A stretch of DNA of 64,000 nt from Eledone cirrhosa. Its lineage: Eukaryota. The notes beneath the pieces were generated by a model. It made no database searches and was not told the origin of the DNA. It saw only the letters and a list, made by a program, of their open reading frames with translations. Positions 1 to 13,991 of the stretch are shown here, piece after piece. The stretch lies in assembly GCA_964016885.1 (NCBI GenBank), contig OZ024740.1, positions 269,824,001-269,888,000 on the forward strand, read 5' to 3'. Position 1 is the stretch's first letter. Each line of letters starts with the position of its first letter. Made by a program: the position numbers and the translations under genes.

Positions 1-129
1 AACATGGCAGGAAATTGTGGCATTACTGAATAGTCTCCCACACTATATGTGGGAGGGCTCGCGCTGAAGATAGTATGTATGTATGTATATTCTTCTGGTT
101 TTATAATTTTATGAATTTTTTAGCAATAG

Positions 130-1430
130 AGAGAGAGTCGTATTCTAACATAGACACAAGTCTCTTTCAATGGAATTTACACAACATCAACTAGTGTATG
201 CATGCATGTCTGTGCAGGTATGGTTGTTATTGTTTGTGTGGATGTGGATGTTTTGAGTTATATGTGTGCATGTGCATATGCTTTGTATCTGTACAAGTGT
301 ATATGCAGTTATTAGATGCAGAATTTGTGGAATGTTTTACATGATTTTTACTGTTCCATTAATAGATTGTCCCTGTAATTTCCTAACTAGTTGTGCTCTT
401 TCTGTTCCTGTGAAGCCTAGCTTCTCAAGAATTGTAGTGAGAACTTGCTGACATATCCCAGTGCCCCAATAATCACAGGTATGAATCTGAAGTTATAAAC
501 AGTGTGGAGTATCTGCAGGTTTCTCATTAGTTCTGCATTGATATTCTCCTTTTCGCTAATCTCTAATTTTATATTGGCATCTGCTGGACAGCTAATTTCC
601 ATTACTGTGCATGCCTTATTTTCCCTGTCCCATATCATTATATCTGGTCTGTTATCTTTGCATTTTATTGGGGTTTTGACTGGAACATTCCACCAGTACG
701 CTTTCATATTATGTATGTGTATGTCTTCCACATTACTGTAGCTGTTAATGTGTTTATTGTTGGGGTAATCTTTTCTACTGATTGCATTGTACAGTGTTTG
801 GTCACTACATCAAGCCTCATGGGTACATAGTTTACGTGATGACATCTTTGGACAGCTGCTTATGACATGGGTGACATCTTCGATGTTAATTCTGCAGAGT
901 ATGTATTTATTGTCACATCTAGGTGTTCTGCCTGCATCCCTGTCTCTTTTGTGAAGCAGGTATTTTCTGTTGATTTCCTGTTCTTGGATTGCAAAAGCGT
1001 ATCCTTTAAAGTGAGAGCCAAACTAGCGGTTGTTAGTCCAAGATAGACTACTTTGCTTATCTATATTACTCTCACTATGGAGCTTGCTGCCAACATATCC
1101 ATGATTTTTTGCTGATAAGCATGCATTTCTTTCATCCATGGATTCGCTGGGGCATTGCTGGGTAATTTTCTGTGTGTGAGATTTTGATTACCATGCATGG
1201 AGTATCTTTCAAGGATTTTCTTCCCAACTCTCATCATCTTATCTGTCTCATGCAGACAGACTTGCTCAATAGATGGACCCTTACACTTGGTGGTTCGTAA
1301 ATGTTGTCAGAAGGATATGATGCGACACTCAAATGATGCCTTGACTGATGTTATCCCCCCGCCTCTCTGTTTATGTTTCAAGTAGAGCCGGTCTGTATCA
1401 CTGTCGATGTGGAAGTTTCTGGTGTTCTTT
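130..1430 (-). mobile_element. 5'-truncated, frameshifted R4/Dong-type non-LTR retrotransposon (C-terminal zinc knuckle + restriction-like endonuclease, 3'UTR)
   Basis: ORF 417-731 has NRPDIMIWDRENKACTVMEISCP...IPVIIGALG (PD..D/E RLE nuclease); adjacent frames give LCRINIEDVTHVISSCP (CCHC knuckle remnant). Confidence 0.8.
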
Positions 1431-1471
1431 AGGATGTTTCGTGTTTTAACATATGTATGTATGTATGTATG

Positions 1472-1505
<34 letters not shown>

Positions 1506-2754
1506 TGTGTGTAATTATGTGTATGTGAGTTTGCATGTGCGTGTTGAAAACGATTCCGACTTTATTATTCCCGAGGAAAGTAATTACGTTAGGAAGGCAA
1601 ACATGTTCAGCGTGGACCCACATACTTTCATTCGCATAAGTGGCTCATGCATTCTGTTCATCAAATATTATGATAAGTGTAGGCTTGGCGTAAGTGTAAG
1701 TGTGGATCAAGAAACTAAAGTTCAATCATAGCAGGGAAAGTATCCAACGAAGACAAACACAAAATGAAAGTGATGCTGACTGTTTTGTTCAAATCCTGAA
1801 TAAACTTAAATATGAAGACATAGATTATTCACTAACCTCGTCAATAGATCGATCCGCTCGTCTCTATTTGGGAGGAACGGGAATACAATGTATCTATTAT
1901 GAAGAATTTGCAAATGATTACAAACGGAACTTCTATAATTAATAAAAATGTGAAATACTAGTACACATACTTTTAATAAATCAGTCATGAAATCGATAAA
2001 ATTTAAATGAATCATATAGCATTAATTAATTGAGTAAATTAATCGGTCTGATAATACTCGTACTGTGTACTGCATGCCACGTAACATATTTATTTCGATA
2101 ATAAATTCTACATTAAGCATCAAAGACTAACGTCTTTGAGGATTATATAACAAGGTGAAGCACACATTACACCATTACGGTACATGGAATTACTGAAGGA
2201 ATTACTATTATGAACCTGTAAATCATTCAACTCTACAGCATTGATTTTGTTCTGGACATTTTGAGTTTTCTTTTACATCTTAATACATTTCTGTACTGCC
2301 TCTTAAAGTAGAGAATTACCAAAGTCATTAGAACGTCGAATAGAAACCTTTATGATATTCATTCCGACACTCTACGATCTGAGTTCAAACTCCACCGGGG
2401 TTAACTATGTCTTGTATGATTTTGAAGTCGACAAAAATGTACTATTCAGTAATGGGCTCTAGTCTCACTCTTCTTCTAAGTATCTTTTTCACGTCTATTC
2501 TTTCCCTCTTCCCCTCCTCCTTCTCCTTACCTGGAAGAAATCGGTTGCATCCAGGAAAGGACTGGGTGCTACGAGATTAAAAATGTTCGAAACATGATCA
2601 ATGTGAATACGACACACTCACACCTCCAGCAGGAGGTACAGATCGATATATTGGGTTGTCAAGTATGAAACATGTAGAAATTGTAAAAAAAACAAAAAAC
2701 GAATTTCTACAAATTTCATACTCGTCGATCTAATATATATATATATATTTCATT

Positions 2755-3132
2755 AGTGGATTGGCAGTATCGGTAGAGGGTCGGACGCCATGAGTTACGG
2801 CCCTTGCCATTCTGAGTTCAAATCCCGCCGAGGTTAACTTTGCCTTTCATCCTTATGGGGTCGATAAAATAAAGTACCAGTAATACACTGGGTAATTGCT
2901 GGCCTTGTGCCAAAAGTAGAAACAATTATTTTTCATAACTGGGCGGTGAATTGGCAGTATCGGTAGAGGGTCGGACGCCATGATTTGACGCATAGTTACG
3001 GCCCTTGCCATTCTGAGTTCAAATCCCGCCGAGGTTAACTCTGCCTTTCATCCTTGCGGGGTCGATAAAATAAAGTACCAGTAATGTACCGGGTAATTGC
3101 TGGCCTTGTGCCAATAGTAGAAACAATTATTT
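2755..3132 (+). mobile_element. Two tandem copies of a young tRNA-derived SINE (family S1, ~190 bp)
   Basis: A-box-like TGGCAGTATCGG, B-box GAGTTCAAATCCC, body GCCTTTCATCCTTACGGGGTCGATAAAATAAAGTACCAG (Meta/MESC-like domain), tail AGAAACAATTATT; many copies in window. Confidence 0.85.
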
Positions 3133-3957
3133 TTCATAAATATTTATTTTTGAATTATTACGGATCAGTTTATAAATTATTTGCGCATTCATTCACGCAT
3201 ATTGTAATCTTCTAAATGACATATTTGATAAATATTAATTATCTCAAATCTCATTAGATATGTCGCGATACGAACCATCTTCTACGACTTCGCCATTAAA
3301 GTAGTAATAAACACGATAGTGGTAGAGAGGATCATACCTGTTGACTAGAGACCGGAGCATGTCTGAGAGCGATTTTATGTCCCAAACCTGTGTTAATAGT
3401 AGTTACATTTTGCAACCTTTATATGTTTGAATTTATGGTATTAAACTCTGTAGCCAAATTCTACCAATAAAAATCAATTCAAGTCAAGATTAGAAAATGT
3501 ATTCACTATTAGGCTTCAAAAACACTTTGCTGTGGTTAACGCATTCCTTGTAGTCACTACAGAGTTTTCTTTTAGCTACAATATTAGCGAAAGGAAATCA
3601 ATCGGTAATTTAAAAGATTCAATGTATGACAATTAAAGTTAAATACAATCTTAGAAAATTTAAATATCTCATCGTCACGAACAACATAGCTGATTAGTCA
3701 AGTGCTATCAACATTTAATATATCAGCCCAACTGTTAAACCCATGAATACCTGTTTCTAAAACTCTTCCAATGGCACCCTTCAATTGATTGTAGATCTAT
3801 TTAACTTCTGAAAAACTAGTTGGCGGTTGGAAATATTTGGTTGCGCAAAGATTATTCAGTATGAGGGTACCTTCATAAACAAGGTACCCTCGCTAGCAGT
3901 ATTTATTCTCATATCCAAATACATTATACTCATGATGAAACCTTCTTTGCCTTATAA

Positions 3958-4056
3958 TTGTTTCTGCTTTTGGCACATTACTGGTACTTTATTTTATCGA
4001 ACCCGTAAGGATTAAAGGCAAAGTTGACCTCGGCGGGATTTGAAAGGGCCGTAACT
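3958..4056 (-). mobile_element. Partial S1 SINE
   Basis: Reverse complement of S1 3' half with internal deletions. Confidence 0.75.
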
Positions 4057-5021
4057 TTCTTTGCCTTATAATGTAAACTAATCTAGTTCAGTTACAGGTC
4101 TTTCATGAGTAATTTGTTCTATATTATTCTTTATCAAGATAGAAATTTATTGATAGTAGCTATTTTTGTTGCACAATTACCATAAATTTCCAAATATAAA
4201 GCATTTGCCTCTTAATGAACATGTTTATGGCAATAAAATATCGCTGAATTCTTCACTTACGCCGCATGAGAGACATTACTAAGTTCGAGCTTTATATCAT
4301 ATCGTGACTCAGTTAAAATAGGAAATCGCCACCTGCTGTTGTATGAAGTTAATGCATGCATCACGTAACATATCTTTCTGCTACTGCTGACCCAACATCC
4401 TTTAATGAATTTCACTTGTATTAATTATTAATCAATATTTTAGTAAACTCTTTCAAGTGTTTCGGATTCACAAAATTAAGATCTATTAAAAAGAATGGTA
4501 CAAAGGTTTTACATATATATCATATTATTGATTACTATCTCACATATCCCGCTGAAAATACGCCAAACAGCTGCTTCGGTTGTACTCTTGGAGACAGCGT
4601 TAGTATAGCCGCCATATTGTAATTTGAGATAATATTAAACAGAAATTAGGTTTTAACGATAATTTTCACAACTATCCATCAATTGTTTATTCTCAAGTCG
4701 GCTGCACAATACATTAACTATACTTTATCACAGATTGTACTATAAACTAATCTATTTTAGTTAAGAACGGTGAAATCATTCACACATTTATATAGAAAAA
4801 TGATACACAGCTGATCGTTCGTTACATTTTACGTCTCGATAGTCTCATTAACTGACGTAAGTTATGAGGCACTCTTCTCCAAACTAACAGGCGATATGTA
4901 TTCATGAATTTTCGTACGCTTGCCCCTCGCATATTACTTACATTACTTGCTATGCATGCATACATACATACATACATACACATGCATACAAATACGCACA
5001 CACTCACACACACTCATTCAC

Positions 5022-5102
<81 letters not shown>

Positions 5103-7483
5103 CTAGAAGTACCCGGCGTTGCCCGGGTGTAAGTCGACCTTTGGTCTGTTAGAATGTGTGAAAGTTACTTCCCGCGCATCACAGGTTTAAAACTTCGAAC
5201 TTCAATGGAAAAAAATAGGTTAGTAGACACATGTGTGTAATTTATTAATTGTAGTTACACAATGTATCGTTGAAATTGTTCTCTGCACGACTGACGGAAG
5301 TCAAAATCGCTTGATATTGAATGTTCAATTAATTTAAAGCAGGGTGGAAATGTCGATTACTTTCAGGGTTTTCTTTTTTACAATTTTTGCGCTCACATGT
5401 GCAGAAGAAGAATTAAAAGGGCCTTTATCTTAACCGCGGCATAATGGCGAGTCTTTTGTGACAGTTTTCAAGAATATAGGACGTTCCTGTAAAAAGTTTT
5501 CCCATGTGTAACTTTGCCTTGTTTTTTTGTGCAAAGTCGAGCCCCGCTTCAGTTTTATTGATTTTTTACATCAATGCATGATCTCTGAAGTAGATTTGAG
5601 TAGCTAAAAACCTGTCCCGGTAAATTTGCTATAGGTGAAAAAAAGTTGATCAACATTGTATCTAGGGTTATTGCCCTTTGCCACAGCCTCAAGCCTCGTC
5701 TGACGGGATGTTGGTGATTCCTCCGTCAGCGCTTGTTGGCGACGAAGGCGAACATCAGCAAGCCTTGTCGTACGTGATGTTGGTGACTCAACCAGCCGGG
5801 AAAGACGTCTATCAGCGAGTCGAGATTCGCGCTCAGCAGGTGTTTCGTAGAGAAAATTAATTAATTCTAATGGTTAGCTAAGCCAATGGCAGTGTCAATA
5901 GTAAATGAGAAAAGTCTAACATGAACAAAAGGGAATCAAGGTAAGACAATAAATTTAATATAACTACGATTAGAATGTTGTAGTTGCTTAAAAGTGGTGA
6001 CAGTTAGGATAAACGCAGTACTTGCTAACATTAAGGGAGAATATTGCATAAAGGATTAATCAATTGTGAATGAATTCATACCTGAGAACGCCTAATTCGT
6101 TGTCTCAAAGCAATAGCTGTACCTTTTTTGGAGGTAAGTATTGAACGTTTCCGTGTGGGCATAACGACGTGTAACGAAGCTGTTAGGTTAGAGAGAGGTG
6201 ATTAAATACAGAGAGAGATGACACCAGATTCGTTAGCATGGTTACTGGTGAATGGGAAGGTTTGGAAATATGATTACAATAACTTACCGAATTTTCCCGT
6301 CTATAAATTGCACTTAAAATAATTTAATTTAATAAAAAAACAGCTCTGCGCTTTATACTCCGGTGAGCCTTATGTATAAATAATACAATGGTAATCAATC
6401 ACGGCTCTAACAGAAGTAATAGATCTAGACTAAAAGTAAAGAAGATAGCATTTTCTGGTTGGCCTTACACGCCGTTGCGCGGACCAGATTTTAAATGATA
6501 CGCCTTATATCCTGGTGAGCCTTATAGAGCGGAAAATATCTATTGGAAAAGAATACGAATTCATGACCAAGGTGTGACAAAATAGGCGTCTATACAGCGC
6601 CTGAAATAAACCCTAGGATTTTTCTCGTTAAGTATCCACCCCAAAGGAACCGTTTTTTAGTTACAAAAAATAACCAAAGTGTATAGTAGCTATATTTCTG
6701 ACATATCATGCCAAAAAGAACAATATATTCAAAAAATGTTCTAAAGTACATTCAATCTCTCTTTTTGACCGATATCTTAATAAGCAAGTTATCGATTTTT
6801 TATTGGCTGTCAGTGTCTATCTGCATGCAGGTGTGCACGTGTGCGCAATTAATTGCAAATACGCTCATAACATTTAGTCGTAAGCAGAACAAAAAATGCC
6901 ATTAGAGGTGGGCTAATAATGAAGACACAAACCCTGGTGAACTTACGTTTAAACACCCGAAAAATTACTCACTTCCTGTGCAAAAGACTGTATTATAAAT
7001 TAAGTAATTTTTTAGAATCTTTTGTTTAAAAAAAGAAAACATTGGTACGACGTAAATTTTTTTACTTGTATTGTATGTGTACAACACAACTTGGTCAATT
7101 TAGTAATTTTTTTTTCAAAAAGCATGATTATTTAAGACTGTTTGAAAATTTACTCACAGCTTTTAGGTTCACAAAAGACACCATTAAATTTGGTTCCCTT
7201 TTCAGATAGGGATAATACTGTATTTCCACTTGAATAAGGTGGAATATGAAAAGAAACTCTTTAATGGTCGGTCGTTTACTGAGACAGCTGGGAAGACATG
7301 CAGCTGGCCGTCCAATCAATAACGCACGTCCTTATATGGGCATATGAAATTTATTTTTATTGCGCCAGATATAAACTAAGAGTTCTTGCGTTCGAATTCA
7401 TATAAAATTTCATTGGAATCGAAAAACATTCTGTCATAGTTCGGTACACTAAACAATGTCCATCTTCCCTTTATATATATAGA
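5103..7483 (-). mobile_element. Non-autonomous Helitron (~2.4 kb)
   Basis: On minus strand starts A|TCTATATATATAAAG (7483), ends with hairpin CCCGGGCAACGCCGGG then TACTTCTAG|T (5103); canonical TC...CTAG ends in an AT site, no TSD. Confidence 0.8.
6286..6542. mobile_element. Degenerate pogo/Tigger-like MITE nested in the Helitron
   Basis: Imperfect TIRs TACCGAATTTTCCCGTCTATAA / TTATAGAGCGGAAAATATCTA and repeated subterminal motif TTATA.TCC.GGTGAGCCTTAT. Confidence 0.45.
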
Positions 7484-8099
7484 TATAACCTGGGATGAAA
7501 ATAACTGAGAAAGAAGATAGAAATGTTTGGTTTGGTCCCTAGGAACACATTTAGCCTACGAGGGTGTCTTGGACTCTAAACCGTGGCTAAGGCAACTAAA
7601 CTAGATGGGAAACTCCCAAGAAGTGTGGCTTGTATAACACAATCCTTTGCCTCTGACAACAAATCTTTTCTATAGGGAGTCTAACAGCTAAAATACTACT
7701 TATGTAATTCCACGCCTATACAATCCTCCGCGAAAAGCAAGTAAACATATCCACTGGTTAGTGTGTTAAGGAATATATAAATTTAATAAGAAAAGTTGAA
7801 AATAATCCATGCAAGATTTCAAAGTCCGCCTACGAACTTTTCAGCCGAACCTCGTATGTAATGCTGTTAACATTCTAGTCAGAGTAATTTGTAGCAATAA
7901 TTAAGCATGTTATCGATGATATTCACCAGAGTCGCAATGTGATGTTAGATCATGTCGCGGTAACATTGACATGATCATTTCTCTTCCTCACGTTATTGAG
8001 AATATTCCTGATACTTATCATGAACTGAGTATCTTTTCTTATAGATTTCTCGTTCCAATTTTGCTGCGCTTTTATTTCAGTCTTGCTGCATTATGCGCA

Positions 8100-9075
8100 T
8101 GGCAACTTCCATTAAAGTGTAAGATTCCATTTATTTACCAAAGGTAGCATATTCAATTGCCAGCGTTTTAAAGCCAAAATACTTGTCGGAACGGCGATGA
8201 GCGAGCTTTTATTTGCTGATGATGCCAGCATCGATCAAAGAGATAGAACATTTTAAACATATTTATAATATGAGTAAACTTTCTGCCTAACAATCTACAC
8301 TAAAATGAATGAAATAATCTACAAGCCATGGCCCACCCCAAGAAATTCACTTAATCAGTTCCATACTACTTCTATCTCCATCGATGACAAAAGACCGAAG
8401 ACCTTCACACATCAGGGGAACAAAATGAACCACGATGCCTCTCTTGGGGATTAGAGAGTCACCCTTATAGCTAAAGCTACAAACATTTTGGCGCACGTCG
8501 TAAACGTCTGTGCGTTGCCCGAGGAATCTGATTCAACACACATTAATTATTTTGATGGTATTCATAAGGGATGTCTTTAGACCAGTTGTGAAACCAGTTT
8601 AAGTGACAGAATTACAATATTGACCTATCTATAAATGTAAAATTGGTGGAATTGAATCCTTTCCCTAACAAACCCAGTTAAGTTGGATTGGGCATATTAT
8701 CAGAATGAGTAGAAAACGAGTTTCAGAGGTTCTTATGTATATCCAGCACCTTGATCGAAAGACAAACATATAACAACCATAGCTGAGGCAAAAGGGAAAG
8801 CTCAATGGTAAACAGACGTCACCAAAGATTCCTCCAGATACATTTATAAAAACTGTTTTGAATTGTAAGGCATGGAGTTGAACATGTTATAAAATAAGAC
8901 GTCTGAATCATCGTATCTTATAGAGTTGGGAGAAAATACAAAGTCTCGATTTAACATGCTTGTCACTCTCGTATTCAGTTCATTATATGGTAGTCCATAC
9001 TTTGGTCTAATCTGTGAATTCGTCTGGAAATCATTGGTTGGATTAAAGTCTCATAAAAGTCATAAACATCAGACA
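8100..9075 (+). pseudogene. Heavily decayed RTE-clade LINE reverse transcriptase C-terminal half
   Basis: Translates in pieces to ELLFADDA (RT catalytic motif), IAKATNI, QLSWIGHIIRM. Confidence 0.7.
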
Positions 9076-9479
9076 CTAAGAAAGAATAGCTCTGAAACCC
9101 ACATATGTTGACATCGGTAGCAGAACTTATATATATATATCACAAAGAATACACAAAATACCGGTATTTATCCGGAAATGTATTTAATTTAATTATTATT
9201 TTATTACATCATTCTATATAAAGTAACTTGAATTCTGGATTTTTTATTGATCTTCACTTTATTGTTCCTTTCGCCATCACCGCATTTTATTTTACATTCA
9301 TTAATCTCTATTACAAAGAATTTCTTCGTTACTTTCGTGAATCGTAATCCAAGATATATGCACTAAATTACGATGACTTCGTTCTACATAGTTACATACC
9401 AATATATCTTCCGCCTACTATTAGGATTTCTCTTTTGTTGATGCTATTGGAGATTTGTCCAGACAGACAGATGGATATT

Positions 9480-9545
9480 TAGATATATATAGAGAGATAG
9501 ATAGATAAATAAATAGATAGATAGAAAGATAGATAGATAGATATA
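9480..9545. repeat. (GATA)n microsatellite at the 3' end of Tx1 copy 1
   Basis: Direct reading. Confidence 0.9.
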
Positions 9546-10481
9546 TTTCTTTATTTGCCACAAGGGCGTACAAAAATGGGACATTACAAGACGTGACGGC
9601 GGGAGTTTTGCATAAAATATTTAACAATACAAATGCAAAACAATAGAATATATATAAAATAAAACAATTGAAATCCCCAATGGGGGGGCATTACTGTGGG
9701 GTTGTTTTACACCCCGTGGATAGAACAACCCTCAACGCCACGAACGCATTTTTTTAGGTGTTCCCGGCTTCTCTCTGTTTGTCTTCTTCAACCTACAAGT
9801 TTATATACAGCGAAGGTCCATTCACTCGGGTCATTTTCGCCACATTCACCACTTTTCAGCGAATTAACTGGGGTGTAACACCTCTCTCTCCACTCTCACC
9901 TTTCTTCTGAAGTGGTACTTAAAGAAGGGGGTGAGTTGTTGTCCGGAGAGAATGGTGTTTGCTCTCAGTCCTTTTAACCTCTTCTACCATATTACCTCTT
10001 TCGCCATAGCCACCAGACAGAGGAAAGCCGCCCCTCCTTCATTCTTAAATGAAGGCGGCGGCGTGATCCTCACGATGGACTCGGCTGACAACTGGATGCG
10101 TCCCACACGTGACAGTAGCTGTTTGACATAATTCTACAGGTCGGACACCCCTGGGCACAGAACAATTGCGTGCAGGACAATTTCAATGTGCTGCTCACAT
10201 CTTAGACATGTCCTTTTGGCAGGATATCTGCCAGGGCGTCCGTGTCTGAAGATTTTATCTCGAACTGGTAGAGCTCCTAGGAAGCATTGCCAGGCCAGCG
10301 ACCTCTGGAAGTTATCCATAGGCCCTGGATGGAAAGTCCTCCCAAACAGACTAGTCAGTTCGTCCTCTTCGATGCCTAGAGTTTCCCAGAGAACGTCTTT
10401 GCACTTATCCTCCACTAATCCCCTATAGAATGTCGAAGTGGAGTCTCGGCTGATTGCCGTTTCCGCTTGGTAGAGGGCTGT
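9546..10481 (-). mobile_element. Tx1/L1-clade LINE 3' fragment (copy 1)
   Basis: FQRSLAWQCFLGALPVRDK...TCLRCEQHIEIVLHAIVLCP (zf-RVT-type CCHC domain); 3'UTR ending GGCAAATAAAGAAA; (GATA)n on both sides. Confidence 0.8.
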
Positions 10482-10482
10482 A

Positions 10483-10531
10483 AGATAGATAGATACACAG
10501 ATAGAAAGATAGATAGATAGATAGATATGTT

Positions 10532-10561
<30 letters not shown>
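10483..10561. repeat. (GATA)n microsatellite between the two Tx1 copies
   Basis: Direct reading. Confidence 0.9.
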
Positions 10562-10562
<1 letters not shown>

Positions 10563-12183
10563 GTTTCTATTTATTTGCCACGAGGGCACAAAAGAAGGGG
10601 ACAAATACAAGTTTACATAAAGGAACGAGTAAAAAACAAATAACAAATATAAAATTAACAATTCACTCCTCAATAGGGAGGAGGCGTTTTGGGGGTAACC
10701 CACACCCCCGGAAAAGTGTGCAACCCTTTTCCTTAGGAGCACAGAGAGGGGGTGCTTCTTTGCACTTCCACCTTTCCACCTACAGGCTGATAAAGAGAGA
10801 AGGCCCATTCACACGGGCCATTCTCGCTACTTTCACCCACCTTTCATAAAACTTGCTGGGGTAGAGCACCTCTCTCTCCATTCTGATCCTTCTCTTAAAA
10901 TGGTATTTAAAGAAAAGGACCAGTTGTTGGCCGGAGAGAAAGGTGTCCGACCTCAGCCCTTTCAAACGTGTCCACCATACCACCACTTTCACCATGGCTA
11001 TTACACAGAGGAAAACCACCTCTCCTTCATTTTTGAAGGTGGAGGCGGCTTGGTCGTTACAATGGACTCAGTGGTCAACAGGATTGGTCCCACCCGTGAC
11101 AGCAGTCGTTCGACATAGCACCACAGATCGGCAACGCCCAAGCAGTGTACCAATGAGTGCGTAACGGTTTTCTCGTCACGCACGCATCTGGGATAGATTT
11201 TTTTCGAGGGGTCCCTACCCGGGCGCCCGTGTCTGTAGAGCTTTTCTCGAACGGGCAGCGCCTCTCAGTAGCACTGCCAGGCCAGGGACCTCTGGAAGTT
11301 GTCCATTGGTCCCGGACCAAATGTCTTCCCGAATAGTCTGGCCAGTTCGTCTTCCTCCATGCCTAGGGCTTGTCTGAGGGCCTCGCACATCTGCTTAGGT
11401 TCAAGGATCACTCGTCCATCCTGGTCTCGCAAAGACCGGATAGTGGATTTAGTCCCACTTTTGGCTTCTGTCACGCGGGCCCAGCTAACAGCTTTGGTCC
11501 CCTCGTTTCCCAGAGCACGTATTTTGCTTCGGACAACGAAGCCTTCGTGTTTCGCGTCGAAAAACTGGCCCAAGGCCGTTCTCGACGCTAGCACTCTGGC
11601 TACGTTGCCGCTTCTAATTGCCTCTTCTACACTATCTACCAACTCCCTTTCCTTCCTATTTCTGTCTGAGGCTAACTCCTTAATAACTCCTATTGAAGCT
11701 ACTGTAATCTCTCTTTTGAGAGAGCCCCACCACCTGCAGATGACGATAGCGCCCGTCAACCGCTCCTTAACTAATGTACTAATCCGGTTCCTCTAAGCTT
11801 TACTTGCCGGTAAGGACAATTTGAGCTTCCAGTAACCGGGTCTCTGTCTATACGTTCTATCAAGGTTGACCATGGAGGTCACTAACTTGTGATCTGAATA
11901 GGCAACCATGAGCATTTTTGGACAACTTAAAAAGTCCCTATCCTTATTTCTAACTAAGAACCTATCTAGGTACGATCTAGATTGAACGCTGTGGTTTCTC
12001 CAAGTCCAGGTTGGCACAGTCGGAAAATCTAGTCGATATCTATCGGCCAGGTCGAATCGGCCGATTAACCCCTTGAGGCTGTTACAACCCCCTCTATCAG
12101 GACATTCCCCTACATAGTCCCAACATGCACCTAGGATACCATTCCAGTCCCCCACTAAAAACAAGGAGCGGGACGTCCCTAGG
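10562..12183 (-). mobile_element. Tx1/L1-clade LINE (copy 2): APE endonuclease C-half and linker joined to the C-terminal domain, RT missing
   Basis: LVGDWN...TWTW...SYLDRFLV...SDHKLV...PGYWKL (APE); linker ORF 11265-11759 runs directly into ALGMEEDEL...FQRSLAWQCY; same 3' terminus as copy 1. Confidence 0.85.
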
Positions 12184-12329
12184 TCAGAAGAATTTAAATT
12201 TTCTTTTGCTCAAAACACTTCCGGGGCCATACGGGTTACATGTGTAAAATTTGAAAAAAAACAGTTGGGTACTTCTCGAAATTTAGGGAAACAGACACAG
12301 ACATACATCCTCTGTTTTATATATATAGA
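12175..12329 (-). mobile_element. 5' fragment of Helitron type C
   Basis: Similar to 13838-13991; starts TCTATATATATAAAACAGAGG on minus strand. Confidence 0.7.
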
Positions 12330-13198
12330 CTAGCAGAAAACCACCCGGTGGGCGGTTTTCTACTAGCAAATATAGTGTAACTGATATTGTTGAGATTTGG
12401 ATGAGAAATGTTTTCGGCACCACATGTTCACCGTCTCTCGGTGTGTCTTATATGCATGTATAAATATATATGTTATCTATACGGTGAAATTTTTGAAATA
12501 AATATATGTTAAAACGAAAACAAATGTTCAAAAGTTAAACTTTTTGAATTATTTCCAATTTTTTCATGAAATTGAACACTGGACATTGGCTGCTGCAAAT
12601 GGAAATTAAATCGTATTTAATTGTATTTAAATTTCTAACCTTATTTTATTATTTATATTTTTTCAATAAGAAATAAAAAAAAACAACAAAAAAAAATTGA
12701 AGAAAAAAATTGAACAAATCAAACGTAGGTTATGGAACTGCGCAATCTGATTAATAAATTACCTCATCAGCAGCAACCTTCTTCAAATGGTCCTTATTAT
12801 CAGCAGCAACAACCACAAATTCAATGGCAACCTTCTTCAAACCACAAATTCAATGGCAACCTTCTTCGCATGGTGTCAAGTCAGAACCGCCTCGAACTGG
12901 TTACTTCTGGCTTGGTCAAGGTGTTTCTATAGCAACCAGCGATTCCCTCGGCCTCAGTGACCAAAGTCAGTGGAGAGGGGAAGGTAATGTTTCTATAAAG
13001 GAAGGGGAAGGTAATATTTCTGTAGCACGTGTTTTAGCGTCTATTCTCTCTCTCTCTCTCTCTCTCTCTCCATCTCTCCCTCCCGCTATCCCCCTCTCGT
13101 AGTCTGTCTCTTTCTTTCACTCTCACTCTCTCTCTACGCACGTGTTTCCACTGTCGGACAGACAGACAGAGACATTGCTGGTTATATATATAAGTAAA
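12330..13198 (-). mobile_element. Non-autonomous Helitron type B (copy 1)
   Basis: 3' CTAG at 12330-12333 with terminal hairpin CTAGCAGAAAACC...GGTTTTCTACTAG; near-identical to 13992-14942. Confidence 0.75.
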
Positions 13199-13991
13199 CT
13201 AGCAGAATGGCCCGGCGTTGCTCGGGATTTGCTATAGGGTTCTTATATATTTGATATATATTTATCCTTATCGAACCTCGTGAAATAAATACGTTTGTTT
13301 ATATTTTGTTATTGTGTATGCAAAAATATCTGTCCATAAATATATAATTATATATATATATATATATATTAAAATAACAGACTAAAGTTTAAGCAAATAA
13401 TCACTGCTTTCACCCTTAACGGGATATTCTACCTAAAAGCAGCATGAAGTACATACACTAAGACTAATTGATGTAATCTTTGGCCTTGTTTGTTTATATT
13501 TTGTTTTTGTGTATGCAAAAATATCTGTACACGAATATCTATATTAAAATAACATATTAATGTTTAAGCAAAGAATCGCTGCTTTCAACCTTAACGGGAT
13601 CTTCTGAAACTAAAAAAAATCAATCTGGAAAACAGGAAGACGATACTTTGGTTCGTGAAGACGTTCCCTGGCATAAGAATATATATACACACACACACTG
13701 ATCGCGTCATAATGACGTAATGCAGACAGTCAGGCATACATACAGATATTATGAAGGCGCAACGTCATATCTATGTATCTATCTAAAAAGAGAAATACTA
13801 AGAGAAAGAGGAAGAGATCGCTAAATCACCTAATGCGGTCCCTAGGGCATTGAAAATTTGAAATTTGTTTTGCTCAAAACACTTCCGAGGTCATACGAGT
13901 TACATGTATAAAGTTTGAAAAAAACCGGTTGGGTACTTCTCGAGTTTTAGGAAAACAGACACACATACATCCTCTCTTTTATATATATGGA
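13199..13991 (-). mobile_element. Non-autonomous Helitron type C
   Basis: 3' CTAG at 13199-13202 next to hairpin CCCGGCGTTGCTCGGG; 5' TCCATATATAT on minus strand; internal ~170 bp direct duplication. Confidence 0.75.

Noticed and set aside
2755-3132. tRNA genes suggested by A/B boxes
   Set aside because: No cloverleaf; boxes are SINE heads followed by SINE body and tail
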